From contig OZ024745.1 in the NCBI GenBank assembly GCA_964016885.1, positions 43,400,001-43,464,000 of the forward strand: 64,000 nt of DNA, read 5' to 3'. The position numbers were made by a program, and so were the translations under genes. The stretch is from Eledone cirrhosa. Its lineage: Eukaryota. The notes beneath the pieces were generated by a model, which had not been told where the DNA came from, ran no database searches, and saw nothing but the letters and a program-made list of their open reading frames with translations. This document shows, one piece after another, positions 12,481-25,427 of this stretch (its first letter is position 1; each line of letters starts with the position of its first letter).

Positions 12481-13082
12481 TGCAGTGTGTTGGTGGTCTT
12501 ATTCACACCAATCACCAACTTGGTCCTTTTCTCAGACTCACGAAGACTAGGTTTTTTTAGAGGTAGTTTTTACTTGCTTCATTGTAGCTAGATCACTGGG
12601 TTGTGAGAGTTTCCTGGGAGCTAACAGTGTCATTCATTGCTTCATCTCTCCTAGTAGTTTACCGCTGTTGGTCCAGGTTTGATTATTCATCCAGCAGGAG
12701 CCTGCTTATATCATATCTGGTGACTGTATTGCTATCCATCACCTGCACCCATTCTCTAACAGGACAGCTCTGTCAAGAACTATTGAAATGCTACTGTGTA
12801 AATGTAATATAATTAATAATGACAATAATGTTACAATTAATGTTTAATTCTTGACATACTTTGCTACACAAAACCATATTATCAAGATATTCTTGAAAAC
12901 AACAAAAACAAAAATAAACAGCATGATTACTACATTACATTAAAAATTTAAGTCTTCATTTTTCTGAAAATGTTCACTATGATTTGTCTATTAGTAAAGA
13001 TACTATAGACATTTCAATTACATGATCCATTTTTTTATATTTTCTATTAAATTGTCCCAGACCTCATTTGCTTACCAAGTGG

Positions 13083-13295
13083 GGTGGAACTTATTAAATC
13101 AAACCAAGGAAACAATGTTTCCATAGGCCTTTTCATTGCTGATACTATCTACTGGTCACAACTCTTGGCAGAAAGATCAATGTAAAATAAAGTGTCTTGC
13201 TCAATGACATAACACATCGCCTGGTCCAGGGAATTGAATTTTCAACCTTACAATTGTGAATCCAATTTTCTAACTATTAAGTCACACACCTTCAC
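13083..13295 (-). mobile_element. tRNA/CORE-like SINE with a third 3' region (same type as 29751-29966)
   Basis: Head/core shared with the other SINEs. The 3' part (aggaaacaatgttt...tgct.atactatcta) is shared only with 29751-29966. Confidence 0.7.
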
Positions 13296-13524
13296 AACGG
13301 GATGTTAAGTGTTAATGATGTGTTGCTATTAATACTTTATATTGACTCAAAGCCAAGAATTTATAGCAATTACAATCAAGGAAATAAAATTTAGTATATG
13401 TCTATGTCAGCAATTAGATACTATGCAGTGATATATTGGTACAAAGGAAGTATGTAACACCCATGAACCATTTCAGAGACTTTGGGAACTGTGTGGGAAA
13501 GTTATCATTAGGCTTGCAGCAGAG

Positions 13525-13812
13525 TGTGTTCTACCTGTGAGGAGTTTGGTTGAGGCTCCTCTCCATACATCTTATGTATGCAACATACATTTACTTGCTT
13601 TGACTCTAGCATCTTTACAATCTCAAACAACCTCCCTTTCATCATGTCAGTGTTGAGGGTGGTAGATCTAAGATTTTTGGAGGCTAGTTGGCTTGGTTTT
13701 AACTCTGTCTGAAAGGGGGAACGTTTGCATGGCCTTCCAGTCATATTTGTCTTTTTCAACTTTCTTTTCAAACTGATCTGCCATTTATTCCCCTTCAATA
13801 ATTATAATTAAC
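13525..13812 (-). pseudogene. Degraded 5' region of an RTE LINE (endonuclease N-terminus)
   Basis: LRSTTLNTDMMKGRLFEIVKMLESKQVNVCCIHK aligns with FRVGTINVGTLKGRANEVVEMLERKEVDVCCIQE of the intact ORF, then frameshifts. Confidence 0.75.
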
Positions 13813-14929
13813 TTGTTAGGTAGCTATTATAGCCCTTGACATTTGACACTAAAGCTGTTTGATTCGTCTAGAAGAGACTAGTGGTGGGATTGGCGGGGTA
13901 CATGTGAGGTGAACATGCCAGAGTCAAACAGGGGTAAATTTAAGACAGTTAAGGAGAAAAGCACTAGTAAAGTTATAGATATTTCATATTAGCGACAGAG
14001 AGAGAAAGAGATGTGATGTACATGTATGTGTGTATATGGAGAGAGAGAAAGTGAAAGCAAGAGACAGATAGTGACAAAGTACATGTATATATGTATAGAG
14101 AGAGCAAGATGGAGAGAAGGATCTGATGCAGACATAGGTTTATAAATCAAGTGAAATTATTATTATTTCTCAAGGAAAATAAACAATGTAACTACTGATG
14201 TTATTGTTTATGTAGACAGAGAAATAGAGAGATGGAGAGAGAGAGAGAGGGGGGAAGAGAGAAATAGGTACACTCACATACACACGCACACACACACACG
14301 CAATCTTAAATTGTGAATTGGTGAGTGATTCACTATGAACATGCTTTTTTATGGACATTGTCTTCTTTCAATACCTTTGCCGTTCTTTCTCTCCTGCCAA
14401 ATCTGTTTTCTGCACTGTTATCTTCAATTAGTATGTTCTGTAAGAGAACTCTGGAAAGTGAGAGAGTGCAGGAAATCTAAATTTATCTGAAATAATTAGA
14501 GATACTATATCAAAACCTTATACTGTAGGAACTTGCTATTTTCATCGATAAGCAATTTTATTTAGATTTACCTCTAAAGATGGAGAGATATTTGGCTAGA
14601 CAGAGAAATAGATAGATAGATAGAGAGAAAGCGGGAGAGAGAAATGGAACAATAGTTGCCTGGAGAAAGAGCGGTAGATAGAGATAGAGAGATAATTGCC
14701 TAGACAGAGAAATATATATATATATACAGAGAGGGAGAGAGAGAGTTGCTTATTTATTTATTTTTGGACGGCAGATGGATTAGTATTGAGTCTCTGTGTG
14801 TGAAATGAAGGAACTTTGCATGGCCTTCCAGTCATTTGTGTAGTAGATCTATATGAAGCCTTTTTCAACCTTCTTTCCAAACTGACCAGCCATTTATTCC
14901 CGTCACCTTCAACATACCTTCAATAATTA

Positions 14930-15119
14930 CGAGGGTCGGCTGAAAAGTTCATAAGCTGACCAAGACACTCTAATGGGATAACCAAATGAGGTTTATTTTT
15001 CAACATATTCCCTAGAAAGAAGTTATTAATAGGATGAGTTGAAATTAATGAATGCAAGATTTCACAGCCCTAGCATCACTCCTTCTTAGTCAGCCTATGA
15101 ACTTTTCCCCCGACTCTCG
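14930..15119. mobile_element. Mariner-type MITE
   Basis: TIRs cgagggtcggctgaaaagttcataagctgac / gtcagcctatgaacttttcccccgactctcg, with TA on both sides. Confidence 0.88.
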
Positions 15120-15302
15120 TATAATTAACTCTAGCTTGAAATATTTGCTATCTATATATTTTAAACCATCATTCTACCATGACTGAATTTTTCACTAACC
15201 AGTAGGATGAAACATTTTTACTTTATCAAGTTTTTAGAGAACAGCTATTTTATAACCAATGAGAGTGGTGCATTTGTTGAGATGGTAGATCACTAAATAT
15301 CC

Positions 15303-15660
15303 AACATCATCATGATCGTTTAAGATCCACTTTCCACGCTAACATGGGTTAGACGGGTTGTTCCATTTGAGGCAAGTTGGGTCAGGTGACCATGTCTTAC
15401 TCATATAGAACTGTTTCTGGCTAGATTTCTACAGCTGGATGCCCTTTCTAACGCCAACCACATTTTCAGTGTGCGATGGGTGCTTTTTGTCATGGCCCCT
15501 ACACAACCACTTTACAGTGTGTAATGGGTGCTTTTGTTATGACTCCTACACAACCACTTTACAGTGTGTGCTGAGTGCTTTTTGTCAGGACTCACTCATG
15601 ACCACTTTATAGTATGGGTGGGTGCTTTTTGTCGTGACTCCAACATGATCACTTTACAAT
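15303..15660 (-). mobile_element. Older RTE 3' UTR fragment with ~4 internal 48-bp modules
   Basis: (CAT)n, ttccacgctaacatgggttagacggg, ctggatgccc, and repeated gtgctttttgtcatg...accactttacag. Confidence 0.75.
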
Positions 15661-16333
15661 ATTTAATATTATTCCTCTACATTCTCAGACCAGATAGGTC
15701 TAGGATCAATTTGATATTTCATTTCACCAGGTTTGATAAAATGAGTAGCAATAGAATACTGAAGTGAATTCAATGTACTAAAATTTCAACCCTACAAAAA
15801 TTGAACATTTGCCTAAGAAATAAATTGATATTTTATATTAAATATGTCAATAATATAACAGTACTCAGGGCACTGGACTACTGATTAGAATTTAACACCA
15901 ACCAGTTAACTTTATCTTTCAGTTTAGGAGGGACTGTATAGGCAATGGGCACTGTGTCTCTCTTCACTTAAGTAATTAATTTAAAAATAATTAAATGTTA
16001 TTAATATTGTTGTTAAACAAAGTACAATATTTTGCTTGCAATATAATTCAGCCTTATAAAATCACACACACAAAAAGAGACCCTACCTGTACTCACTTCC
16101 TTCTATCTCTTCTAGCAGCACTATAATGGTCTTTGCTCTTTTGAATTGATTAACTCTTTGTCTTCTCATCCAGCCTGATCTAAAGGTACTTCATACCTCT
16201 CCACTATTAGACTCATAATTTCTTTGTTGCACCTTCAAAGACTCCTTATTGAATATGTTATTCAGCATATAGTTCTAGTCACTGTCACTTTCAACATCTT
16301 TTTAAAAAGGTTATATTAACTTTATATTTGCAG

Positions 16334-16446
16334 ATTGTCTTTTCAAGATCTGTCCCAATAATCGTTATTCTGCTCAAAAACAATTCTGGAAAGCAGCTCG
16401 CCATGGCGTAAATGCTACTGATGCTGTGTTACTGAAAAAACTTCAT
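16334..16446 (+). CDS. ITPR: Internal exon of inositol 1,4,5-trisphosphate receptor (suppressor domain)
   Basis: Acceptor tttatatttgcAG, donor GTAAGT. Translates (D)[37 protein letters not shown], matching the ITPR1 segment [39 protein letters not shown] as I recall it. Phase 1 start, phase 0 end. Absent from the ORF track. Confidence 0.95.
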
Positions 16447-16591
16447 GTAAGTATTAACCTGTAATCTGTGTGTTATAATACTGTGAATGTAGCATTATAC
16501 CACCTTTGTTAACATAAGAATATACATGAGAAAAAACATCAATCTTAATGTGGTTTGTAACAGATTTCTTAGCTATATTAGCTGTAAAGAA

Positions 16592-16770
16592 ATAATTGTT
16601 TCTACTTTTGGCACAAGGCCAGCAAATACCCAGTGCATTACTGGTACTTTATTTTATTAAGGATGAAATGCAAAGTTAACCTCGGCGGGATTCGAACTCA
16701 GAATGGCAAGGGCTGTAACTCTATGCGTCAAAGCATGGTGTCCGACCCTCTACCGATACTGCCAATCCAC
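16592..16770 (-). mobile_element. Nin/Deu-like tRNA SINE
   Basis: Colinear with 28724-28913, with a small internal deletion. Confidence 0.85.
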
Positions 16771-19189
16771 AATGTCTAGTTTAGAATCTTAAGAACCATA
16801 ATAGTACATGGACTGCATAACTGGATTTAAGTTTACTGGGATATTTTCACAGTAGCTTGCAGTCTGATTGACAATGATTGCCTAAAGTGCTATTATTAAA
16901 GTCAAAATTGTGTCATAACTTAATATGATATCTATTGTGTTGAGGTTGGCCTGTTGGGAATATTTACACAATACTATACAGTCTAATTTATTGAGTTTTT
17001 ACACTATTGCGTACATTCTGGGTTTTTACACTATTGCTACAACATTCCATGTAACATCATACATGTCTGGTAAAAACTAGGCTAATACATTTTTTTTTAA
17101 AATGATATATAATATTTTAGTTGTTATATTTATGGTAAGATTTATTGGCTCTGAGGTTATAGTATTTCATTCAGACCACACAATAAAAAATATGTTATGC
17201 TTCTAAGCAAGACACACAATTTTGTTTGCCTCAGTTTGCTTGGCTGACAACTAATTTCAGTCATGCTCCATATTTATGGGATTAGTAGTGAGAAAAGAAT
17301 CCATTTGCAAAACCAATTTTTACATCAATATGCAACTGTCAAACTTATCAAAACCTACTTTAATTTTGCAAACATGGGAAATTGGATACAAACATGAAAT
17401 ATAGATTACTGGTATATCTTATATGAAATTATCTAACATGGAATGTGATAAGAAATATGTATGAATTAAGTAGCTGAGCACATCATTTTGATTTACTTAT
17501 ACCTTCAACATTAAACCAATGAATTTTAGCTGTTTAACTCTTAACGTCCTGAACCACATGAGACTGTATTAGCAAAACATCCTTGAAGAGTACAAAACAG
17601 CACTGTGATTGCATCACATTAAAAATTGAAGACTTTACTGTAGTTTACTGTAATCTGGTCACTACTAAAGATACTATGAATATTTTGAAACTAACAAACC
17701 TGTTTTTAGATATTTTCTACTTAATAATTACATTTATATTTTCTACTTAATAATTAAAAGTTAAGAGTGAATCACATTAAAAATTTTCTTTTTTTTTTAA
17801 TGAGTAAGTTTAAAATTTGCTCCAATGTTTAATTTGAAATTTTAGGAAATTGTCTTCCAGATTATCCCATTTGATACCAAACCACCTGAAACTATTTTAA
17901 AGTGTTTGTATTTATCAAAAACAACTCCCATTATAGTTTTCATGTAAGAACCTTTCTTAAGTAACACCAGCCTAATAATGAAGACGTTAGCTATATTACG
18001 AAATCTTCCAAATTCTTGATTATTTTCAAAATTATATGAAAATCATGAGCAATTTCTTTCATCAAAAATGTAGTATTGGAAAGGTTTTAACTCTGATCTA
18101 CTAACAAGGTGGCGATTATAGTCCTCATGTGTTGCTCCTGGACTCCTCAGAGTCAACGGTCATCCACCCCAGCTATGGGTTAAATAGCCTCACCAACCTG
18201 CAATTAGCCAAGCATCATGAGTACAGCTACACCTCTGAAGACATCACCGAAACCAAACAGAAAACAGTAGAGGTCAACCAGGGAATGGTTCCTCCAACAA
18301 GAGTAAAACACCTTGGTTTGTATTGGATTGGTGTTGCTCCTAACCAAACCAGGTGTTTCAATTTGTCTGCTTAGCTGAGACTGAGAATTCGATGCTATTC
18401 ATGCTGTAATAATCAATATAAAAGAGATTTAAACAAAAATACTTGTATGCAACTACATTTTAAATATGAAACCCCAACATCAAATTTTCTATTTAAAAGA
18501 GAATCATGAATTGTTATCGATATTGCTATTTCAATACAAGAAATAAGCTATAATAATCTTGAACATATTAAATGTTTGAGAATCTTTGGAACACAAACTT
18601 TTAATTAGTTTCCCTTACTTAAATAACAAAGACCAAATTTCTCTTAGCATCATATTAACATGGGCTAATTAATAACTAGCATTTCATTCTGGTGAAGCAT
18701 TGGCTGGATCTAAAGTACTCCTTTTATAAACACAGTAAATGTTATTAGTTGGTGGTTACAGTGTGTCTAGAGTGTGTTTACTATTTCTATACAGCATGGG
18801 ATGAGTGGGTGACAGTGATGGTGTGAGTGGTGATATTGTACACATTGCTTGTGTTGTATATATTAGCATGGTGGATGAGTGGTTGGAAGTGATGGTAACT
18901 GTGGTGTAAGTAATTATATTGTACATATTACTATTAGCACAGTAAATATTTCATTTTAGCAAAATGGTTTATCTTATTTCAACTACTTTGAAGAAAGTCT
19001 TATAAGGAACGAGAATAAATATCTGGTGTCTATTGCTCTAACAATTACACCTATTCATTAGCTTGAAAGGATGAAAGGTAATGTTCATCCCAGCAGGATT
19101 TTAACTCTAGACTGCAGACAGACAGAACAGATACTCAAAAACATTTGACCTCCATTGTGGATTCACTGCCTATGAAATAGACAAATTTA

Positions 19190-19815
19190 AACACCTTTCT
19201 TTTATATACAATATCTTCATGGACAGAAAAAATGGATCATCTGGACTTGTTTAACCATGTATTGGAATTTCATCAATGACCAAATACTATTTTTAACTGT
19301 CCACAGGGATACTGCTTACAAACACATTAGTGCTAAAGGTTTAAGTAAATGGGATAGACCAATTTACATATATAATACATTATTGGATGCTAGTTTGATC
19401 AATTAGTTACTGGTACATTAACAGTATTTTTATTCAGTTCTGTACTATATCTGTCTATTTTCACTCAACACTGTATATATAGACAGATATAAAATATTCA
19501 AACATTCTCTTTATAATACAATATCTTTGTGGACAGAAAAAGAAGAATCAGCCAGATTGTTTTCAATCTTGAGTTGGGACCTCATCAGTGATTGAGTATT
19601 CTCTTTGGCTGTCCATAGAAAGACTGCTTATTAATCCACTATTGTTAAAGAAGGTATTTGATCACTGATGAAATTTCAACACAAGATTGAAACAAGTCCC
19701 TGTTTTTCTATTCAAGCAAATATTTCATGAAACATGGAAAAAAAGAAATTCTTTGATGAAGAGCTTTGCTTGAAATGTCAGTATTCTCATCTGTCCATCA
19801 AGGCATAAAAACTTA
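19190..19815. mobile_element. Degraded Penelope-like repeats with decayed hammerhead motifs
   Basis: Two diverged direct copies (~19190-19340, ~19500-19650), an inverted partial copy (19654-19699) and ttgatgaagagctttgcttgaaatgtcag at ~19753-19781. Confidence 0.55.
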
Positions 19816-19902
19816 TCCACATGTATACATTTCAAAAGATTAGATAAGCTTCTTGTATGATTATGGATGAAATTTTAGCAGAAGTAAAGAAGCTGTTCAT
19901 TC

Positions 19903-19941
<39 letters not shown>

Positions 19942-20172
19942 TCAAAAGGTAAAAATGTAACCAGCGTGAAAGAATTGTATATAAAGAGTGAACAGATGGA
20001 ATAAAAAAAAAACCCAAGGGATTACACAATGCTATTGTGTTGCTAAGTTATTTGGCTACTGGTAAAATAAGACTGCTTAGAAAGTTGAAGATATAGTACC
20101 TTCAGCATTGTATGTATGGATTCATAACTCCTGATGGTGTTGTTGCTATGCCATTGTAGCATATGGCATGTC

Positions 20173-20388
20173 TTAACTCTTTAGCATTTAAACCGGCTAT
20201 ATCCAGCCAGAATTCTCTCACCTCTTTCTGTTCAAACTGGTTGTAACCAGTCACTCATACTGATGTTTAGGTATTGTTCTTAAAATAAATAATAGATTCG
20301 ATATTACGTGAGATAATTGTGTAAGGTAAAGCCTTTACCATGAAAATACAATAGTAAATGTAAAGTAATGTAAATGTTAAAGGGTTAA
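20173..20388. mobile_element. piggyBac-type MITE
   Basis: TTAA ctctttagcattt ... aaatgttaaaggg TTAA. Same family as 36384, 39820 and 49846. Confidence 0.8.
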
Positions 20389-20451
20389 GCTCATTAAACT
20401 TGCCAGTCATGATACCACTTTCAACCCAGCTGCACATGTCAATCATCATCA

Positions 20452-20525
20452 TCATCATCATTTTACGTCTGCTTTTCCCTGCTTGCAAGGGTGGGACGGG
20501 TCTTATTCAGCACAGCATCTCTCCA
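20452..20525 (-). mobile_element. Very short 3' end of the RTE family seen at 30637-30855
   Basis: Reverse complement tggagagatgctgtgctgaataagacccgtcccacccttgcaagcaggg...(TGA)n matches 30777-30855. Confidence 0.85.
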
Positions 20526-21399
20526 GCATCAGTCCTGTTCATGAAAATAATGAACAAGAGGTGACAGTACACACCCTTGGTGTAGCCTGAATCCCACACT
20601 TTGCATAGACTTTACCATAAAATTGTTGCTCTGGTTATTTTAGCCTAAGCCTCCACAAAACTTGATAAGCAGCCTGTCTAAAGAACTGAAGTCATTAACA
20701 GGTAACAGAGAATGTTTCATATTTAAAACATTAAAATAAAACATTGTTTAAATTACATCATCAAGTCAAACCTCTAATGGTTTGACTCCCAGTCAGCCCA
20801 AGCCTTTTTGAGGAGCCTTATTGTGGTAAATTGCAGTTGAAGAATAGCTAGGAGGTGAAACTAAACTGTTTGTGGAGCTGCTGACAGTCTGATAGGAAAA
20901 CATATTTACTACTTATGGAAATAGCTTTTGATCAATGAAGTTGTACAAGAATTGCTCATTACATCTATCTCCATCATTTAAAAAATATTTTAATCAAATT
21001 GCATTCTAACAGAGAAAATGGATGTTAAATTATGATGATGATGGTGGTCATACTGATGATGATGATGATGATGATTCATGTGCAGTTTGGATATAAAAGT
21101 GTGTTACCATGGAGCTTGTGTTCTCTGTAATTTTCACCAAGACCTAGGAAGTTCTTGACATATTTTGCAACAGTTGCTAGACAGATTATGGCTTCATATG
21201 CATCATATCAGTCATTCGGTTCCACAGTCCAAGAATCATTGTTGCCATCATCATCATCATCACCACTATCATCATCCTCCTCCTCATAATCATTTCAACA
21301 TAAGATTTTCTATAAAGTAATATGTCCCCATTGTGGTCATGTACTGAGGAAGCAGTTATACTGACACTCTTTTGGTGTCTGTCTGTCTGTCCAGGTGTA

Positions 21400-21575
21400 A
21401 GTGTGTATGTATACATGTACATATATATATATATATGTGTGTGTATATATGGATTTGTGTATGTATGCTTATGTATGTGTGTATGTATGCTTATGTATGT
21501 GTGTATGTATGCTTATGTATGTGTGTATGTATGCTTATGTATGTGTGTATGTAAATATATGTGTGCGTATGTATG
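21400..21575. repeat. TA/TG microsatellite and 22-bp minisatellite (gtatgtatgcttatgtatgtgt)
   Basis: Direct inspection. Confidence 0.85.
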
Positions 21576-22109
21576 TTTGAAAAAAATACATATTTCTCAT
21601 GCAGAACTTAAGTTATCTGCACAAAAACACACAATATGTGAAGTGTCTGCAGTAGTTGTTGTTACATATGTCTTTCAAAAGCTTGCCTGATAAGTTACCA
21701 ATAAATTCATAAAGCCAGACAAAACATTTGATAATAGTAAATTCATGACAATAGATTGCATAATATGCAGTTTATGTGGGGTCTGCAAATCTATTGGTGG
21801 TATAAAAGACAGTGCTATAACTTTTGCATACTGATGTGTATATATGCAGCTTTGTTTGTAAAGTTTGCCAAAAGACATGTAGAAGTGTGGTGAGTTTAAA
21901 GAGCCACTATCAAAAACACTGTTCTGTTAATAATCAGTAATTGTTACCTTCACATACACGAGTAAGTAGCCACAACATATACTCACATCTCTCTCTCTCT
22001 CTCATCATCATCATTTTACATCTGTTCTTCCATGCTAGCGTGGGTTAGACGGGTTGTCCTGTTGTGGGCAGTGTCTGGTTGGCTGACCTTGTCTTGCTCA
22101 TATATATAT

Positions 22110-22465
22110 ATCATCATCATCATCATCGTTTAACGTCTATCTTCCACGCTAGCATGGGTTTAGACGGGAATTGTCCCACTTGAGGCAAGATTGGTCGTCT
22201 TTCTCGTATAGGACTGTCTGGCTGGATGCCCTTCCTAACACCAACCACGTTTACAGTGTGGACTGGGAGGTTTTTACCATGTTACCTACACGGCCACATT
22301 ACAGTGTGGGCTGTGTGTTTTTTTTGTCGTGATACCTACACAACCTCATTTATTTAGGACTGGATGTTGTGGTACCAACATAACTTTACAGAGAAAGGGG
22401 TGGTGTTGATGGGGGCGGGGTAGTGGGACGGGGGTGTATATTTGATTAAGAGGTTCCTACTGACT
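22110..22465 (-). mobile_element. RTE LINE 3' UTR-only fragment
   Basis: Colinear with 1939-2310 and 38470-38855. Confidence 0.85.
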
Positions 22466-22898
22466 GTATATATATATACAGTAAATATATATGTATATAT
22501 ATATTCTGATTGATACCTTATCGATAACATTTTAAGGAATACAAATCATAGAGTGCTCTACAAAAGTCGGTGGATTATCTGATCAACCAACTTTCCTAAA
22601 TTGAATAATATATATATAAATATCATCATCATCATCGTTTTATAATAATAATAACAATAATAAGGAACAGGAGTGTAGTATCAATATAACATCAATATAT
22701 CAATAACTAAACATTACACACCAATACACTATAACTGTGTTTCTGTGTGAATATATATGTATATGTGATGAGATTATTAATAACAGGAATGGAATATTCC
22801 ATTTATTTTAATGAAATGATCATCAATCAATTAAATGATTTAATTTCTATCCTTGTTAATCATTATTCTTATCTATATATATATATATATATATATAT

Positions 22899-23250
22899 AT
22901 CATCATCATCATCATCACCGTTTTATGTCCGTTCTTCCACGCTAGCATGGGTTAGACAGGTTGTCCTGTTGTGGGCAGTGTCCGGTTGGCTGACCTTGTC
23001 TTGCTCATACGGGAACTGATTCTGGCTTGATTTGTACAGCTGGATGCCCTTCCTAACACCAACCTCATTTACAGTGAGTGCTGGGTGCTTTTTTTCCGTG
23101 GCGCCTACATGTCCACTTTACAGTGCGGGCTGGGTGCTTTTTTGCCATGGCACCTCCACGACCACTTTGCAGTGGAATGATAGGGACCCCAGTCCTATCA
23201 TCTCATTTCTACAGCTGAGTAAACTGGAACAATGTGAAATAAAGTGTCTC
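22899..23250 (-). mobile_element. 5'-truncated tRNA/CORE-like SINE, tail type 2
   Basis: Colinear with 5715-6050. Confidence 0.85.
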
Positions 23251-23572
23251 ACACATATATATGTTTTTATTTTATTTTTGACTTTGTATTTTTTGTTTTT
23301 ATTCATTTATTTATTTATTCTTATTACTTTATGTATGTGTATGTTTTTTGTCCATGCCTGTAGATGCATATACGCTTATGTGATAAAGTATACGTCTACG
23401 TACTTTTTAAGTATATGCGCGTGGTTGAGTGTGTGTATGTTTATATATTTATTGTTTATATATATATATGTATTTTTTTCTCCTCTTCTTCTCCGTCCAT
23501 TTTTTACTCAGCCTCACTTTCATATTTCTTATATTTTGTTTTCAAATCCATATTTAATAAAAACACCATGTT

Positions 23573-23638
23573 TTATTTATTCTGACGACTGAAAACAGAT
23601 ATATCTGCTTTCAAGAAACCACTGGTAAATGAAGTAAT
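23573..23638 (+). ncRNA. Type I hammerhead ribozyme motif (Penelope-like)
   Basis: CUGACGA 23582-23588; stem II ugaaa-a-cagau/aucug-c-uuuca; GAAA 23615-23618; stem III acc/ggu; GUA cleavage triplet ending 23627; stem I uuuauu/aaugaa. The first stem II pair is a C-A mismatch. Confidence 0.7.
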
Positions 23639-24091
23639 TATCTTATGTTGTTTATTACATAACTAATAAGCTATGTAGCCTACATAGATCACTCTTCTTT
23701 CCTGGACCTTTCCGACGGAATTACTTCATTCATACATATATATATATAAAGAGAGAGAGAGTGAGAGAGAGATTTACACACAGCATCATTTCATATTTGC
23801 TTTCCCTGCTAGCAAGAGTTGGATGGGTCTTCACAGATAAAGTCACTACTTAAGTGGATTTACTGACTGCTCAGATGAGCCAGGGAGCTGCATCTTGCTT
23901 CCATATATACTGATACTTGACTGCGTGTATTTTATTGTGCCACAAGCTCTAGGGTGATCATCATGCCTTTGATACAGTTGAAGAGTCCCCTGTCCCCCCT
24001 ACCCTTTATTTGTCAAGGTTTCTATTGCTGGATGCCTTTCCTATCAAAAACCACTTTACAGAGTTTCATTGAATGCGTTTATTGTGTAGAT

Positions 24092-24431
24092 CAGTGATTG
24101 CCAATCAATGGTCTGTGGACCACTGGTGGTCCAAGAGAAAATTTTGGTGGTCCACAGAAGAATGTGGACATTATTTGCAATTTTTATGTTTTATTAATAA
24201 TTGTTTCTACTTTAGGCACAAGGCCAGCAATTACCCAGTACATTACTGGTACTTTATTTTATCGACCCCGTAAGGATGAAAGGCAAAGTTAACCTCGTCG
24301 GGATTTGAACTCAGACTGTAAAGGGACGTAACTATGCTAGAAAGCATGGCGTCCAACCCTCTACCGATACTGCCAATTCACCAATAAAACAAAAATATGG
24401 TCCATGAGGTTCGAAAGGTTGGTGACTGCTT
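24092..24431. mobile_element. hAT (Charlie-like) MITE carrying a nested SINE
   Basis: cagtgattgccaa ... ttggtgactgctt termini; 8-bp TSD gtgtagat/gtgtaggt. Confidence 0.65.
24196..24382 (-). mobile_element. Nin/Deu-like tRNA SINE nested in hAT MITE
   Basis: Colinear with 8234-8418 and 29077-29260. Confidence 0.88.
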
Positions 24432-24844
24432 GTGTAGGTCATGAACACTAGAGATGTTGTCATGTCTTTGACACAATTGAAGAGTCATTTCAACCCTTTG
24501 TTTGGCAAGCTTTCTATGGCTAGATGTCCTTCCTATCACCAACCACTTTTTAGAATGTAATGGGTGCATTTATTGTGTAGATCATTAACACTGGAGAGGC
24601 TATGGTGCATATGTTAGTCTCTGTATATATGTTACCATGTAAATATATGTAAGTACATATAACTGCATGTGTATGTCTCTCTCTCTCTCTCAATCTCACT
24701 ATATATATAATTTATGTGTGTCTATATACATATATACTTATAATGCATGCAGATGAACAGCAGAACTTTTGCTGTCAATCCCTGATGCATGTGTGTGCGT
24801 GCGTGCGCACACACATGCACACATACACACACGCACATGCACAC

Positions 24845-24880
<36 letters not shown>

Positions 24881-25427
24881 TTTCTTTCTCTCTCTGGTAT
24901 TTTTGTAGCATTTGCATGTCTGAACAAGTTAAGTGTGTGACTCTCCATATTTAAGTCTCTATGTACATAAAGTTGCTGTTATGTATGTTGATATATGTGT
25001 TCTGTGTATCTGCAAATATTTACAGACTTAATTTAAAGAGAACTAGAGAAGACCCCCCCCCCTCTCTGTGCATGTTTTTTTTTGTGAGTGAGTGTATGTA
25101 GGAAGCCAAAGAAATAGGTCTGAGAGTATCAGGTTACAGATTGGTCAAAGGGAAATATACCCCACTCTTCTCACTTTATATATCCACCATGAACTTGATA
25201 CTAGTTCTAATGAACAAGACTGTGTAGCTGTCTGTGTCTCCCTTTCGTATTTACTCTATTCTGTGTTTCTGAGGTCTGTGTGCAGTAAATAAAACAGAAT
25301 TCAAGATCATGAGGAGCATAGAAAATATAGGAAATTCAGATGCGGAAAATAACTATAAATACAGTTGGTTTCTATAAATCCTTCCAAACTCTTGATTATT
25401 TTCAAAATGATATTATTTACAGTAACA

